A stretch of 64,000 nt of DNA from Basidiobolus meristosporus CBS 931.73 (GCA_002104905.1 MCFE01000179.1:78190-142189), one strand, 5' to 3'; positions 38,670-53,000 are shown, counted from the first letter of the stretch. Notes: generated from the letters alone by a model not told the origin. Numbers and translations: made by a program.

Positions 38670-41044
38670 ATGATTTGGTACACAAGGGATATATCTAAAG
38701 GTAAAGAATAAACAAGAAAGATGTTTCTATGGGAGTAGAATCAACCGGCTGGTTAAATCAAAAAGGTTATTTTAGGAAAGGTGGATGTATACAAGGTAAG
38801 AGAGCAAATATACAATTACGTGTGGTGGCCTTTAGGGAGAGGGGCTACTTATATGCCGAATCATCACGTGAGCGCCCGTCGGCACAGGCTTCAGGTATGG
38901 AGGATTAATTTTAGATAGCAGAGATTCAGAGATTCAGAACCAGTGAATGCAGGTTGGCTACGTCTAGTCCATTGGAAACGATCGAGATGAACACTGATTT
39001 TCAAGCGCTGCTGAATGTCGCCCATCAATAAATCGGATTCACCAGTTGTACAAACAATATCATTCTCTATATGGCTCTTTGTTTTAAAGGCGAAGACACT
39101 GAATTTCATTGGTACATCATTTAACCAAGTGCCATCATTTAGTGGATGATTCAAGTCCAAGAATTTATCTTAATTTCAAGCACCAATCCCCGTGCGGAGC
39201 AATTTCGCCTTGTGCTCCCCGACTTATCCCCTGTCTTCTCGTGTCTTACTCAATTGATTCATGTCTCAGCTCTCCTTTTGCGTGCATGCCTATTGACCAT
39301 TCTGTTAGCTATCTTTGGTAAACTCTAATATGATCCACCCATATCGGTCACACAATATATATAGTATAATGTCATCCAAGTATCGCAGCTCTTAACTGAC
39401 TGGTCCGGAAAGCTGTCCTATATCTACCCAATATGGCTGGGTTTTTTCCGTTACAATGATGAGAATGATGGACTGAATAGCCATCAGCCACCTCGCAATC
39501 ATAATCAATATCACAATCACCATCCTAATCACAACCGATATCATCTCCAAATGCATACAATATATGCGCATACAGTTGGAGTTGACGGTGTGAAAATGTA
39601 TCAAGCCTGGCAACACAGGTTTCATAGGATACCATTGTCCGTTCCCACTTTAGCGAAGAGCAACGTGCACTCGTGCCAGACAGCGTTTGCTTTGAGAACA
39701 TCGATATTGGTTTCTAAATGGAACGTAGTCTCGACAGCAGTCGTCCTAGTTGTTGGCAAATGAAATTATCCTGGGCAGTCTAGACCGTTTGACTCTAGCC
39801 AAATTGCAACCCTCCAGTGAATCAACCGTGCTGAGGTCTAATCATTTCCAACGAATTTCTACCCTGGCAATATGGGTGGAATTTCCATTCTCATTTCTTC
39901 CATGTGGAGGATTGGCTGAAGAAGAACTGTATCCATTGGCCGAAAATTCTCGACGAAATTCTTATCCAAGGGATTGGGTTGAGCGGGTTACCATTCGAAT
40001 CTGGCTCGGAATATGTAACCATCCCCATGTGACACCAGTCTCAAAATATCGCAATCTGCTAGGCATTTCGAAAATTAACACTAATATGGCTCCAGTGTGA
40101 GGATTGACACTTTATGCAGCCGAAGGCATCGTAAACCCGTATTTTCAGGAACAATATCGATCACTTGCACCATGATCGATGAAACCAGCGGCATTCACAA
40201 CATACAGACCGGATTGCCAACCGCCAGAGCGCCAATGAGTCTCCCCGCTGACGTGCTTCTGACTGTTGTCGTTATGTGCGAAGTATTTTTCTGTGTTGTT
40301 TCACCGCACAAGTAGAAAGGCTATTTCTAGATCTAGCAGATGTATCATGATCCAATTAATCACCCATTTCTGCATGAGACAAAGAGGTCACCTCAAGGAT
40401 TCTTGGAATTCGCAAACACAAACCTGGCGAAACACCTCGTTTCTAAAGGCCAATGCCCGTTGGTTGTGATTTCGTCAACTCATTAGATAGCGGTCGTATC
40501 GTTCGTTCAGCGAGATTCGGGTTTATTTCTTTAGGATTGATTCAGTGGTGCCATTGTAGGCCCCCCTCCCAGATTGCCCACCGTAATCTCATCGTATTCA
40601 GTAAGGCGACGAGGGATCATTCGAATTGGCAGTTCCCTTGTGAATGATGTCAATCAAGGGTGTCGGCATTGACACAAGGCTCATATTTATCATTATGAAG
40701 CATATTAAAAAACCATCCCACAGGGAAAATCGTGTTTACCACACCCCACGTTCGAGCGGTGAAAATGCGATCCACTGCCATTGTTTGTGATCCGGATCAC
40801 CCATCCATCCGCTGCATGCTGCTGGTGATGGATTACAGTTACACTTTCGCTAGTTTATCGAGATGACATGCGTATAGTGGGGATATGAAGGGGCCAAGAT
40901 GGATCTGAGTGGTGTGATGTTTAATGATAAGGCCGAGCATTTCTCGACAAGACTCCTTTTCAAAGATATTAAGCGAGACAGAGGTGGTAGGAAGATAAAG
41001 GGGGGGGGGTAACGGATGCGCCCAAACCCTGATTCCATCAAGGT

Positions 41045-43352
41045 TCAGCTGAGATCGGAGGACATCTCTATCATCCCCACTTCAGGAAATTCGTTGATCT
41101 CCTCATCCCGACGACAAAACAGGCCGCTCCAATATTTCAGGTACTTCGTGTCCGGGGTGATGACGGGGTTTTGCTCGTCCCGTTCTCGCTCAAACACCTG
41201 GTTCTGGAAGTCTTCGGGGTTGGAGTTGAAGTAGGACCAAACCGAGTAGGTGGTTTTGTCTGGTTGCGCCTCGACTCTCTCCTTTTCACAGTTGAACAGA
41301 AACGTGCCGAATTGGCAGGAGTACAGGTGGTAGTGCAGCTGAATCAAAAACCGTTCGTTGAACTCGAACCGTGTAGGGTTCTGGGTCCAGATTTGATACA
41401 CGCAGTCCAGAAACTGATGGAATACCGGCGAGGAGTAGCGCCCCTGATTCTGCTTGAAGTACCGATGGTGGACGTTGTTGAAGGTGCTGGCTGCTGCGTT
41501 GGTGGTGGTGTTGACTAGGAAGCTCTTCTCGTTCGCAAGGTGTCCGCAGCGTTCGGTAAACTTGTGTCCGAAGGAAATCCATTCCTTTTCAACCAATACC
41601 TCAAAGCCTCGTATGGTGCGGTAAAAGGGATCCAGACAGAGCTCCGCCAGTGACGTCAACTGCGACGTTCTATCCCAACCATCCGAGCAGTGGACCAGCA
41701 CGTGGGAGTTGGACTGTGCAATGTTGTTCACGATCACCGCTGCCCCTTCAAGGATGGACCCGATGTGTTTGAGCCAGTTGGTTTTGGAGAGTTGGATCTT
41801 GGTCACTATTCCAGAAGTATCGGTGGATTGTATCGCTGGGGAAAAAGAAGACAAATCATTTAGCAACCATATGCAGGGGCAGGTGAGGTGAGGTGAGGTG
41901 TGAATCCTGGCGTTATTACCTTCTATGACTTTGTTAAGGCTATCTCTCATTACATGTATATTGTCAATGCCAAGGTACAGTTTCTTGCAATTTTTGTAGT
42001 GCTCCATGTTTTCCGAGCCGGCACCAATCGCCACATTGGCCATAGCATTGGCGGTGGGTCGTGCGTCCACGATGAGGTTCGTTGTGGTTGGCGAGGGGGT
42101 GTTAGGGGATTGTGGGGTGTTGCTCAAGAAGATGGCCTCCACAAGCTTCTCATCTTGTACCGATCTCGCCTGCTTTAAGCCGACCATTGGTTGGCTTGAC
42201 CTAGATATCGTAGCCTAAAGATGTAGAATGGACGTGTATGAGTGGACTAGCAAATGGCACGCCAGTTGATGACGTTCAATAACAACCATGTTCGAGCTGT
42301 GGATGTAGCTCAGCACTGGGATCCGGTTCTTGCTTCGATATTTTGCAGCGTAGCTGACGACCGTATCGCTGATCTTACTCGGTACAGCGAGTATCCGCGG
42401 ATACGTGGAGCACAGCTGGGGGTAAACGGGGTCAGTCTTGACGCGAAGGGGGAGGAGGCCATACGAAGGGAAAGGGTGGGTTTACCTGGTATTCCTGGTT
42501 CAACGAAGTGAACCGCCAGTGGTTCGTCTTTGTCCCTACCCCAAGTCTTTGGTACTCCTCGACAGGGTTGTAGATCGACCAGCCGTCGTCAACGACAAAT
42601 TTTGGAAACGGCTGATAGAAAAATGCGTACAGTTGGGTGATGGACTCTGCATAAAAAAAAACGGTCGGTGAGCACGTCGCCTTCCCGTAACGAGGTTGCT
42701 TCATGGGGAGAGGTCAAAGTGTGTAGTATTGAAGCGCTTTGGAGAGTGAACTGAAGGAAGGGGGTTTTCCAAAGGTCCGCTTACCGATGCACGTCAGCTT
42801 TTGTACACTCTCGAACACGTCGACGGCGTCCTGCTCCTTTTCCACCAGGAAGGTGACGAAGAGGAAGTTGCGGCACTTGAAGTTCAACGGGTGGTATCCG
42901 TCCGAGGTTGGGGCCCTACGTTCGACCGTGTAGATAATAGGGTAGGAGATCTACATGGGGCGAGAAGTTGTCACTTAAAGCGGGGAGGGGGAAACCGGGT
43001 ATCTCGACGGTCGACCCGGCTCGGGCTTGGGCTTGAGCAAACCGACCGTAGCAAAGATACCGCCATGCGTGAGAAAGGCCTATCTTACCCAAAGCTCTTG
43101 CTCAGGGTGGTTGAATATAAGTTGGTGTGCGGTCAGGTGAAGTGTGCCCAGATGCACCTGGTGCCCTTTCTCCAAGCGAACGTTATCTACCTGGGTGAGC
43201 CGGGGGAGGGAAAGAAAGAAAAACCAGGCATTAGTATAGCTGTCCGGTGTGTGGTGGGAGGAAGGGGAGAAAGATCTCTGGAGAATGCGAAATGCCTGTC
43301 TACGATGCAGGTCTTCGAGATACACAACCTTAGCAATCTTGATAAAATCCAT
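41045..43352 (-). CDS. YMR1: Myotubularin-family phosphoinositide 3-phosphatase (Ymr1-like), 7 exons, ~555 aa
   Basis: Exons 43352-43329, 43190-43089, 42950-42785, 42646-42486, 42415-42287, 42214-41920 and 41835-41045 (sum 1668 nt). Catalytic VHCSDGWDRT. The 3' end is less certain. Confidence 0.92.
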
Positions 43353-44430
43353 GGCTGGTCCAGATAAAGTTCGTGGCAGTACACAAGAAGTGCCGTCAAT
43401 GAAAGGTTGGTCACTTTCAGTTGGTGGGTGAGCGGGGGGAGGACTTACGGAGATGGGTCAGGGCCTAGCAGGTAAGGCCGTGTTGGAAGTCACAAGAAAT
43501 GGGCCTAGAGCAATGAGAGGCTTCGTCGAGATCAATGGGGGGGGGAAACGGAATTTCTTAGGTCGTCACCCACTCAGCTACATTATGCCATCTGGATTTA
43601 TTGGATGGGATTTCGCGAATTTAGGAAATCAGGATATCATTTCAAGAAAGAAGTCCACCCATGATGGCTTAAAGCTGGATGACAATCAGCAATCGGGATT
43701 CTAGTGGGGGGGGGGATTTGATTAGAATGAGGGGGACTTGGAATCGGCGAGTGGCTTGTCCACCACTAATCGCTTGGATGAACCTCACACCCTCCTTCAT
43801 TGGTCTTGAGGAGAAGGGGGACTGGGTCCAATTCGAACGATTCCCACGTGATTGCTCACCCTATTGGTGACGAATCATATAGGCGCATCACTGATCCCCT
43901 AATTCGAGATCACCATGCAGCAACACACACTCTGAGGCTAATTTATTGTGCTTGGGTAACGGAGTGAAATGAAAGTTAACTTGGAATATGCTGTGACGCA
44001 ATCATCGAATCCTAGTCTCGCCATATTTCGGGCACCGTGGTGCTCTGTAATGTAGTGTAACAGATTTACTTGATTTTAAAACACATTCATGGACGCAACA
44101 TGATTCATGAGTATCTCTCAAAGGGGCATGATAACGGACAAGGGGATGGGTGGGGGAGGAAAAACGAATGGGCGAGGGCGAGGGTGAGGGAGAGAGAGGA
44201 AAGGTAAAGAAAGGTAAGTATGGGCTGTTTATCTATATACTAAATAGAATTGGACCTGTTCTATTCTGAAGATTGGCAAAGTTTAGTTACTGCCTGGCGG
44301 GCCTGGAACACCAGTCACCCAAGCAAAGAGGAGGGCGGTTTATTCTTCACTAGGCCAGTTGAGGTCATGTCAGTCTCCTTGGTCAACATTTTCACGGAAG
44401 TCCGGCTAGTGCGAGGAGTGGCGAGGTGGT

Positions 44431-45445
44431 TCATTTGCCCGGGGCAAGTATATCCATCCGCACCCCACCCCGATATTCCTCCCAAGACTCCATGTCGGTG
44501 TATTCTGCGGGACGGGCCTTGTTGAAGCTGGCCCCGAGGCTTAGCGAGTGTGTTGCCGAGCTGGGGTCGTGCTGCGAGCCTTGGTATGGGTATTGGTTCG
44601 ACAGGCTGTGGGAGAAGTTGCTACGCCCTTGGCGTATCCTACTCGAATGGCTGAGCTGAAGAGTGATGAGAAGACACTGCAGTACCCCTGGGAAAACCAA
44701 GCGAGTTAGTAGGTGGAATAGTGTGCCGGGCCGGGGCCAACGCATACTCACAGTCGATATCAAAGATGATGGAGGAATTGTCGCCCAATATGGCGGCGGT
44801 CACCAGACACGGGGTGATGATGTTCGACGCGGTGATGAGCAAGAAAAAATACATCCCATCTTTGAGGAAAGACTTGAAAATAGGGGATCGGTTTCGGCGG
44901 TGGTGGATGTAGATCGCATGGAGGAAGCACCCACTGAGGAACGTGTTGAGCGTCCACAGACACCCAAACCACACAATGGCAATCACCGGGTCGGGGATGT
45001 TCCCGCAGGCACCGAAGATCGATTTCGTATATACAGCGGTGGTTGCGTGCCAGGTGTGGACCCCTATGGATGCAGCCAGGCAAATGCCGCCTACGACGTA
45101 GATGAACACATTGTGCTTGTTGCTTATCGTGGCCTTGATCAGGAGGATGACCATGATGGCATCCAGAGAAAACTCGTGAGCATAGTTGGTGATGAAAGAA
45201 ACCACCCGGCAGTCGAGTTGCACGTGCAGCAATGGCAGTAGGAACGCCAATTCTCGGACTGGGCCAAGAAGGTTGGCGAACAGGCAAAGCCAGTAGATCA
45301 GCTGCTGGTTGCTTCGCAGCATCTGGATGGACCGTGAGATGCACCACAGGAAAAAAAACAATACCATGGAGAGGATACAAATGGCTATCTTCTCCGAGAG
45401 GATTATCTCCATTACCGCCGGATCTACATTCGCGACTACACCCAT
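44431..45445 (-). CDS. Multi-pass (7TM-like) membrane protein, 2 exons, ~316 aa
   Basis: About seven hydrophobic segments; a GT-AG intron at 44751-44688 restores the frame; Ser-rich cytosolic tail. Confidence 0.8.
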
Positions 45446-46783
45446 GGCGATACCTTCAACTAACTGAAAACGGGCGTCGATACGCTAAAAGAAAAAGTCG
45501 TCTCCCTTGAGGGGGTATTCAAGACCGAGTTAGTCGCGGCGATTGAACATCGTCTTCCCTGGTTCTTGGAATGGTTCTTATATCCAACGGCTGCCCGGTA
45601 CCTGGCAATCAAATTACGATGGATTTCCTGAATGAATTCCTATCTAGGCAACCCATTAGTCGAGATAACGTTTTTGTCTGCTGTAACGTCGCACACGTAT
45701 AGTTCTCTTCATTATGTTTAGGTTTGGCACTCTGCTCAGTCGTAATTAGATGCGTTGAAGTTGTCCCTTTGAGCCCAATCATATCGACAGCGTAAGCATG
45801 GGAGAAGCTGGCAAAAACCAGCAGCTGCTCGCACCTACGGTGGCGAAACACACAAAAGTGGCGCCTGGCTTCATAGAGCAGATCTTGTCGTGGTAGCACC
45901 GCATTAATGACCTTCAGCATTGGTTTTCTTAGGTGATCGATCCAGTGTTTGTACTAGTTTGCTACGAGAAAGGCATCCCCAGCCCTATTCTGCATCCCCT
46001 CCTGCCCATACCCGTCTCATCTATGCTGGATATGGTGCAAAGCTTTCGGAATTTTCCAGTTTGATGGTAGGCCAAGCTAATTATACCGGCATCGCACATG
46101 TCGCAATCACCACGCTGCATACTCCCAGAGCCTGAATGGAATGCCCTCCTATGAATAGGAGGACCATGTGCTCTGTGCGACGTGAGGCAGGTTCAATCAC
46201 CAAACACAGTCGTTTCTTTAGGTTCAGTTCAGGTTGGGCAGCAGCAGATGGGTTGACCGTGCAACTGAGATGGAGCGATCTATGAGCTTTCATGGAAGCC
46301 GCCATGCACATCCTTTCGAGATACGGCCATCCTATTCGTCGCCCGCGCTTACCACGAGCCGATCAGATCCATTATTGCGCATCAGCGCTGGGATCCGCGA
46401 GCTTCTTCCCGCGTGGATCCCCACCAGCCTCTCACTCAGGGCTGCGAATCCTGAACCGGTGGTCCCAACCGTGATTACACCCGCCCATTCGCTTGAACGT
46501 GTTGGACACCCCCACCCGATGGAGAAGTCGCTGAGCCCAAATCCGTGTTGGTGCCAAGGCGAATGGTACAATTGCACCGGTTGCGACGAATCGTACCGCC
46601 ATTCGCCACCGCACATTGGGGGACAGATGGGAGAAATCCCAAATCACATCTGTGACACCAGGATTGATTTATATAATCGGGCGCCATCAACACCAGCACT
46701 CCATCCTTTGTCCCGGTGTGGCTCGTCAAGCGTATTTATATCGCATTTCTCCGTCGTCTTCTTGATAATCTTGGCCGCGAGAA

Positions 46784-48437
46784 TTGATCATGAGGAGGGA
46801 ATTGCTATTTCTGATTGGTGTGCTGGCCAGCACCGCCTTCTCTGTTGACGAGAGGCTGCCGGTGGAGAGCACCGCTTCATTTCCTCATCGGTGCCCGAGC
46901 ACCGACATCCCTCAACGATTCCTGCGAATTCTCTCCAACTCGGTCTCCCCCAAGACCGCCATTGTCTTTCCCGGCTCGAATGGGTACGTCAACGCCCTTC
47001 ATCACTGGTCAGAAACTGCCCAGGTTCAATCGGCAGCCATAGTGCAGCCGGCCAACTCGAAGGACCTCTCCAACATCGTAAGTTCCATCAGACCCCTCTG
47101 ACAGAGACTGTTATCATTGACTCGCCTCTCCAGATCGCTTTAGCATCGTCCTACAACATCGACTTTGCCGTCGCCTCCGGTGGGCACAACAACGACGGTG
47201 CCTCCTCGACCAAAGGCCTGCTCATCGACCTATCGAGATTCAACGAGGTGCGTGTGTCCAGCAATAAAAAAGAGGTCACCGTAGGGGCAGGCCTGCGATG
47301 GGGCAAAGTATATGACCGTATCGCTCCTTACAACATCTCGCTGGTCGGCGGAAGAGTTAGCACCGTGGGTGTGGGCGGATTTACCCTGGGTGGTGGCTAC
47401 GGGTGGAAGACCGGCAAGTACGGTCTTGCCGCAGATACCATTATCAGAGCGGAGATGGTGCTGGCAAACGGTAGGATCGTAACTGTGTCTTCGACAGAAA
47501 ACCCAGACTTGTATTTTGCTATCCGAGGCGGTGGAGGACAGTTTGGTGTCGTAACCAAATTCGTCTTTAGAGCGCTGCCACAGAAGAACCCGGTATTCTC
47601 CGGATTCTACTTCTACAGCAAAGACCAAGTCCAGGCTGTGGCCAAAACCATGGAAAAATGGGTTGCAACAAACAAAGATGAAAAGGCGAACCTGATGCTG
47701 ATCTTCGCCAAGCCACCTCCTAGTTTTGATGTAAGTGTTGGCCTTTGGCCTGCGGAGTTGCCTGGTGATGTGGGATCCTACTAATCAATGCCTCCACCCA
47801 GCCCGTTCCCGTGGTACTTGTGTGGTACGATGGTCCGGCCTCCATCGCAAAGCCGGCTTTCAAAGCTTTCCAGGATCTGAAGCCAACTTCAGACGACACT
47901 GCCGAGATGTCGTTCGCCGTAAGTAATACCTTGCAAGACCCACTGGTCACCGATGGTGATCGCAAAACCATGGCCTCTATTGCTTGGAAAACCATCACTC
48001 GGGAGAAAATCCTGAAGGCTTACGATTTCTATGTCGACTTCACCACCAAAGTGCCTAGTGCCGCTCAATCGTCAGTACTCATCGAGCCCGTCTTCAGCAA
48101 CGCCTTCAAGGGGATACGCTACGGAGAATCAGCCTATCCCCACACCAAGCCATTGCATGTCATTGGGTTGGTCCCTCGCTGGCTCAGCAGCAAGGAGGAT
48201 GCCATCGTCAAACGTTGGGTCAGCAAGGGCACGGCCCTTCTGAGGGCCCAAGAAAGACCGAATATCGTCTATCCAAACTACTCCGGATACTACGAGCCTC
48301 TGAGCAACATGTTCGGCGCGAATCTGGCCAGACTCAACTCCTTGAAAGCCAGGTACGATCGCGATTGCGTGTTCCGTCATGGGTTTGTGTTCCAGACACA
48401 GCGCTGCCGGCGTTGCCCCGCACCCGCCTCGTGGTGA
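46784..48437 (+). CDS. Secreted FAD-linked oxidoreductase (berberine-bridge-enzyme/VAO family), 3 exons, ~508 aa
   Basis: Introns 47078-47133 and 47731-47801. ASGGHN FAD-attachment motif, VGVGGFTLGGGYG, and C-terminal YPNY...FGANLARLNSLKARYD. Confidence 0.93.
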
Positions 48438-49063
48438 TGGGCAGTGCATGCATACCAGCTAGAGTTGGCATAATGTGGCGCACCCATTTAAATCACTGAT
48501 GCTAGTCCAAAACCTAGACCACTATTGTACGAAACATTTGAATATCATTAAACCCTGACCTACCTTGTAGGTGCTGACATAAATAGAAACCATATGCCAT
48601 TGGTAGCAACATGGCTACAAGTGCTTTGTGCTTGACCAACCAATATCTCTGGCGGGCCGTAACATCGGTAGAAAGGCTGGCATTTTATGGGTTGGCGACC
48701 TAGGTCGGTGGAACGGATCTCCTATGTAGTTGAGCAGACTTGAGTGCGGTGATCTAGCCAATCAAGGGCCCTCTCATCTGTAATCTGCCATACAACAACC
48801 TGGCTGAACAGCCGCTCGCGGAAGAGACTTGATAAACGGCGCGGCTATTTGCCAATCCCTAGATATATCGGGAAAGCAAAGAAATTTTCTTCCTGCAAGC
48901 CAGATACCAAGTTTGTGTGAGCGATGCATCGATGACGCTGGAGTGTGCCACGGGATGGGATCTGAGCCATTCACGGATCCAACGGGTAAAGGGTGGTTTA
49001 TTTGCAACTGCAGTTCATTTGTTTTACATTGGGTAGCTACATCCCGACCTGGGTGAAATAAAT

Positions 49064-49294
49064 CTAGTCTAGTTTGCGGGTGATGTTCTCGAGCTTGTAA
49101 GCCGTTTCTTTATGGGTGCTGTCATTTTCAATGAGGAACCTCGGCGTGTCATTGTCCGCTTTGACTTCTACTGTGTTGTCACCGACCAACTCGTTCCTCA
49201 TGATTACCTTTTTGATCTTTCCGGTGCTCAGGGTGGCAGCCGTACCAATTGGATGGTACTCCACATGGTCTCCTTCCTTGTACTGCACCTGCAT
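49064..49294 (-). CDS. Hva1-like TUDOR-domain (DUF2945) small protein, paralog 1
   Basis: 76 aa: GDHVEYHPIG...STG.I..VI...EVKA...PRFLIEND.THKETAYK, a pattern I recognise from fungal DUF2945 proteins. Confidence 0.8.
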   Translation of the reverse strand: MQVQYKEGDHVEYHPIGTAATLSTGKIKKVIMRNELVGDNTVEVKADNDTPRFLIENDSTHKETAYKLENITRKLD

Positions 49295-49801
49295 ATTGAC
49301 GAATGGATTTGGAAGTCAGTGGAGATTGACAATTATCACTACCTCTATGGGCCTTGGCTCAGTCTGTATTTATATTCTGACCCCAATCGACTGTTTCACA
49401 ACTGTCCTTGGCCACATCATCAACTCGACGCAATACGTAGCAAGCCTGGCTCTTGGTGATGGGGGTGGTGATGAAGTTAGTCAGAGCCGACGGATGTGAA
49501 AGTGGAAATAAGTGATGCACACAGACACCGTTTGCCATGACTGTATGGATCCAGCCCAACGGGTCTGTTGATTGGACATTGGAGGACAACCGGGAGGGTT
49601 TGTTGCGGTGGTAGCATAATGCTCATCATGGCTGATGTCTGTGTGTAGAAGCAATACGCCGACTAGTGGTTGCTGTGGCGGCATTCAATTTTATTTCAGA
49701 CATATGCCGCGCTCAGACAGGCGCGACATAGTGGATGGTCAATATACACATACATATACATATACAAATGCACAAACACATGTACCCTCATCATGGCTCA
49801 G

Positions 49802-50032
49802 TTAATTGATCTTTTGGGTGATGCTCTCCAGTTTGTATGCAGTTTCCTTATGGGTGTTGTCATTCTCAATCAGATATCGTGGCTGGTTCTCACCTGCCTT
49901 GACTTCCACAGGGTTGTCGCCCACGACCTCCGGATGCGTGATGACTTTCTTGATGGTTCCAGTGCTTAGTTGCGGCGCAGTTCCGATTGGATGGTACTCA
50001 ACATGGTCGCCCTCGCGGTATTGTTCTGGCAT
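49802..50032 (-). CDS. Hva1-like TUDOR-domain (DUF2945) small protein, paralog 2
   Basis: 76 aa from the ATG at 50032; 55/76 identical to paralog 1. Confidence 0.8.
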   Translation of the reverse strand: MPEQYREGDHVEYHPIGTAPQLSTGTIKKVITHPEVVGDNPVEVKAGENQPRYLIENDNTHKETAYKLESITQKIN

Positions 50033-53000
50033 GGTGGGCGTTTGGGATTCAATGGTTGTTGAAGGCGGCTGTATATTGCCCTTTTTATACCAACTGTTCC
50101 CACATAGATTGCAACAATCGCGAAGCGGTGGTGGTAAGATAGTCGTCAAGATGATGTCAGGAGTAGGCAAGGGATTCCAATCTAGTCAGAGATGGCTGGT
50201 CTTCAAGGGATTCCCTACCCTAAGCAATTGGTGATGGCCAGCATGATGATATCAAGGGTTGCTTTTGGGCTTGTCCACACAATCATTGATTATGGCAGAC
50301 CTCTGACTCACCAGTTAATGGCTAGGGTGGCACGTTTGCTGTTCCAACTGCGAACACTTCACGCATATTGGTATGTCATTGACGGTGCGGGATCATAGGG
50401 ACTCATCCATTGGGATCCTTGAATTGAGTGAGAAGTGAGATCTTGTACTTTTACGGTCCATGTATGGCTGATTGGGCTGGAAGTATGTTTATTACTGTTC
50501 ATGTAATTCGATACATCTATCCACGTAAGTAGGAGATTGATGACTTGCTACAGTCATTATATTCCTGATCTCGTCAGCCATATAATCTACAATGAAGCAT
50601 AGATGCTAGACCTACCAAATGGGCGTGATGTTTCAATGCTCACAGTTATGGCTGTTATATAGGTTTATGGCAAGTAGATCCTGACCCAGCAAGGCCTATC
50701 CATCTAATACCTTAACTCATAGTTACGCATATGCACTGGTCAATAGGATAAAATGACACCACTGACTTCCATACACTATGACAAGTGGACCAAGTAAGGT
50801 TTTGGCCATATTTCAGGCCAAAGGATATGTGCTTTCCAGCAAAGGGCCTGATATCTTTCAGTAGCCATTGGCAGACTCTAACCGGTATGATTCTTGGGGC
50901 AAAGCACGTTCCCAAGGTATAACTTCCCGATAGTAGCAACCAGCTAGCCATCTTCAATATTTTGTCCAGCCCAGGGGTATACACAGGAGATGAAGGCTTA
51001 GATAAGCATCCATGGTTGTTAATCACCCTTTCAATTGGTGACTTTCTGAAGTCTATTTAATCACTTTCTTAAACCCTTATGCATATATGGTATCATATCA
51101 AATAGCTGGTTACCACTGGTTGGATAAATCCATGGTTGACTAATTTGCCTGTAGCACTTGACCCAAGGTTTGAGCATGGTTGGCTTCAGCTTTCTTCAGG
51201 TACTTGGGCCTTTACAAACCTCCACATAATTCTGCAACCTATTCAGCGCTAGTACAAACTGGCAATGAATTGCAAATGAAATGGCCTACGTTTCGAGAAC
51301 GGATCTTGGCCTCTGGATAATCATCAATAACGAGAATTGGCGCAGACATATATTGTCGTTCATGGTAGTTTGGTTGACCACTTAAGGCATATACAAGGCT
51401 TCTCAGTATGATTTACACGGAGTTGTTTGCCAGTAACCCAGTATGACTTTGTAGATTAAACGCACCCCATTTTGAACTATAGTGAGTCAAATCAAATCGC
51501 ACTCAAAGTCAAAAATTATCGCTGCATCTCTTATCTATATCACTTGGAAGTATCACTTCATCTATTAATAGCTTTATCATGGGAGAAATCCAAGGTGATA
51601 CGCAAAATGTATGTTGTATACTGTTGATCAATAGAATAAATGGTGATATGGATGATGTGATTATGGAACTCATGGCTCCCAATCATAGCCTAGACTCCGG
51701 ACACTTGGACTAACTACATTTTAGGTCCACAATATGCGAATACCAGCAGTTGCAGGATCCTGAAGTCCACCAAAAACAATCTAAACCTAACCACCAGCTG
51801 GCCCCTTCATCTGGCAGCGAACAACGCTTTTTCAGAAATGAGTATATATTCGTGTTCACGCTGATGGTATTATTGGGATTCACTTCCTAGTTACAACTTC
51901 CCTACATCTTGTGTTACCATGCGCGCTGATATATTGATCGTCGTACGAGGGATTAGTATCCTCAGCAACCTAGAAGGGAGTCATGTGGCCAAAACAAGGA
52001 ACTGGACCACAACATCGCAGTCATATGAGAGATATTTCCCTTCCTATCCGATGTTATTTTAGGTTAAAGTTAGATTAGGCGCCCAGCGAGTCCTTGAAGT
52101 TATATCGTTTTTAATGATTAACGGAAACCTTAGCCCTGCTACCCAAAGGTGCGAGTTGTTATCATTCTCTGGCTGACCAAGTACTCTACACCAGCCTCAC
52201 TATATTGAAAAGTTTGGAACCCAAGTGACCTTCCGCAGCACTGCGCTTGACCTCGTCAATTTTGATGTTGACCAAGGCCAAACCTCGTGAGGACTCTCAG
52301 CCCCTTGTCTCCGATATTAAGATATGCAGAGGGAATTGGTGTGCAGAAAGCAGAACAAATCCAAAACTGGCGGAGCAGCGTGATGCAATGAGCTATCCAG
52401 CCTCACCAGTCAAAAGTAATAGAGTGTATCGCACAAGAAACCAGGTATTTGCCCATCAGGGCGCTCTGTAGTTAAGGCTGGAAAAACTATTTGACCGTGG
52501 CTCAATCTCTTGATGTTAATGAGAGATAGCCTGCCTTCTAAGTAGACTCCAACTTAATGTTACTCCAGGGCTCCGATGGGCGCAGTCATTGGCTAAGGAA
52601 TGGAGCTTAGATTCCAATGTCGCCTGGCTTGAGCTTCATCAATCACTTAAGCCAAGTTAATTTGAATTTAAGCCGCTCACTAGAAATTGATCGCCGACAA
52701 ATATGAGTCGCATTTAATTGAACCATTAAAGTGGAGCCTGGTGGTTGGTCAAGGTTCGCATTTGGAGTGGAAAAAATACGTGTAACTCACATAAGTATAT
52801 TGGCACAATGTGATGGAGATTCCTTTTTGGGACCAACACACTGGCTATTTTCCTTAACGACGCCGTGGTCGGCTGATTGACTTACCAATTTCGGGTTTTC
52901 GTTGCTGGGATAGTGGGAGGAACAGTTATCCGGCATGCGGATTGCCGAACTAATTGCGAAGTGACCTTGGTGTAGCATTAAATTAAAGAGCATCTGGCCA

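Noticed and set aside
50500-52500. AT-richer intergenic stretch with a MSAPIL-like peptide reminiscent of gypsy RNase H
   Set aside because: A single short motif with no flanking RT/RH/INT motifs in any frame I could read.
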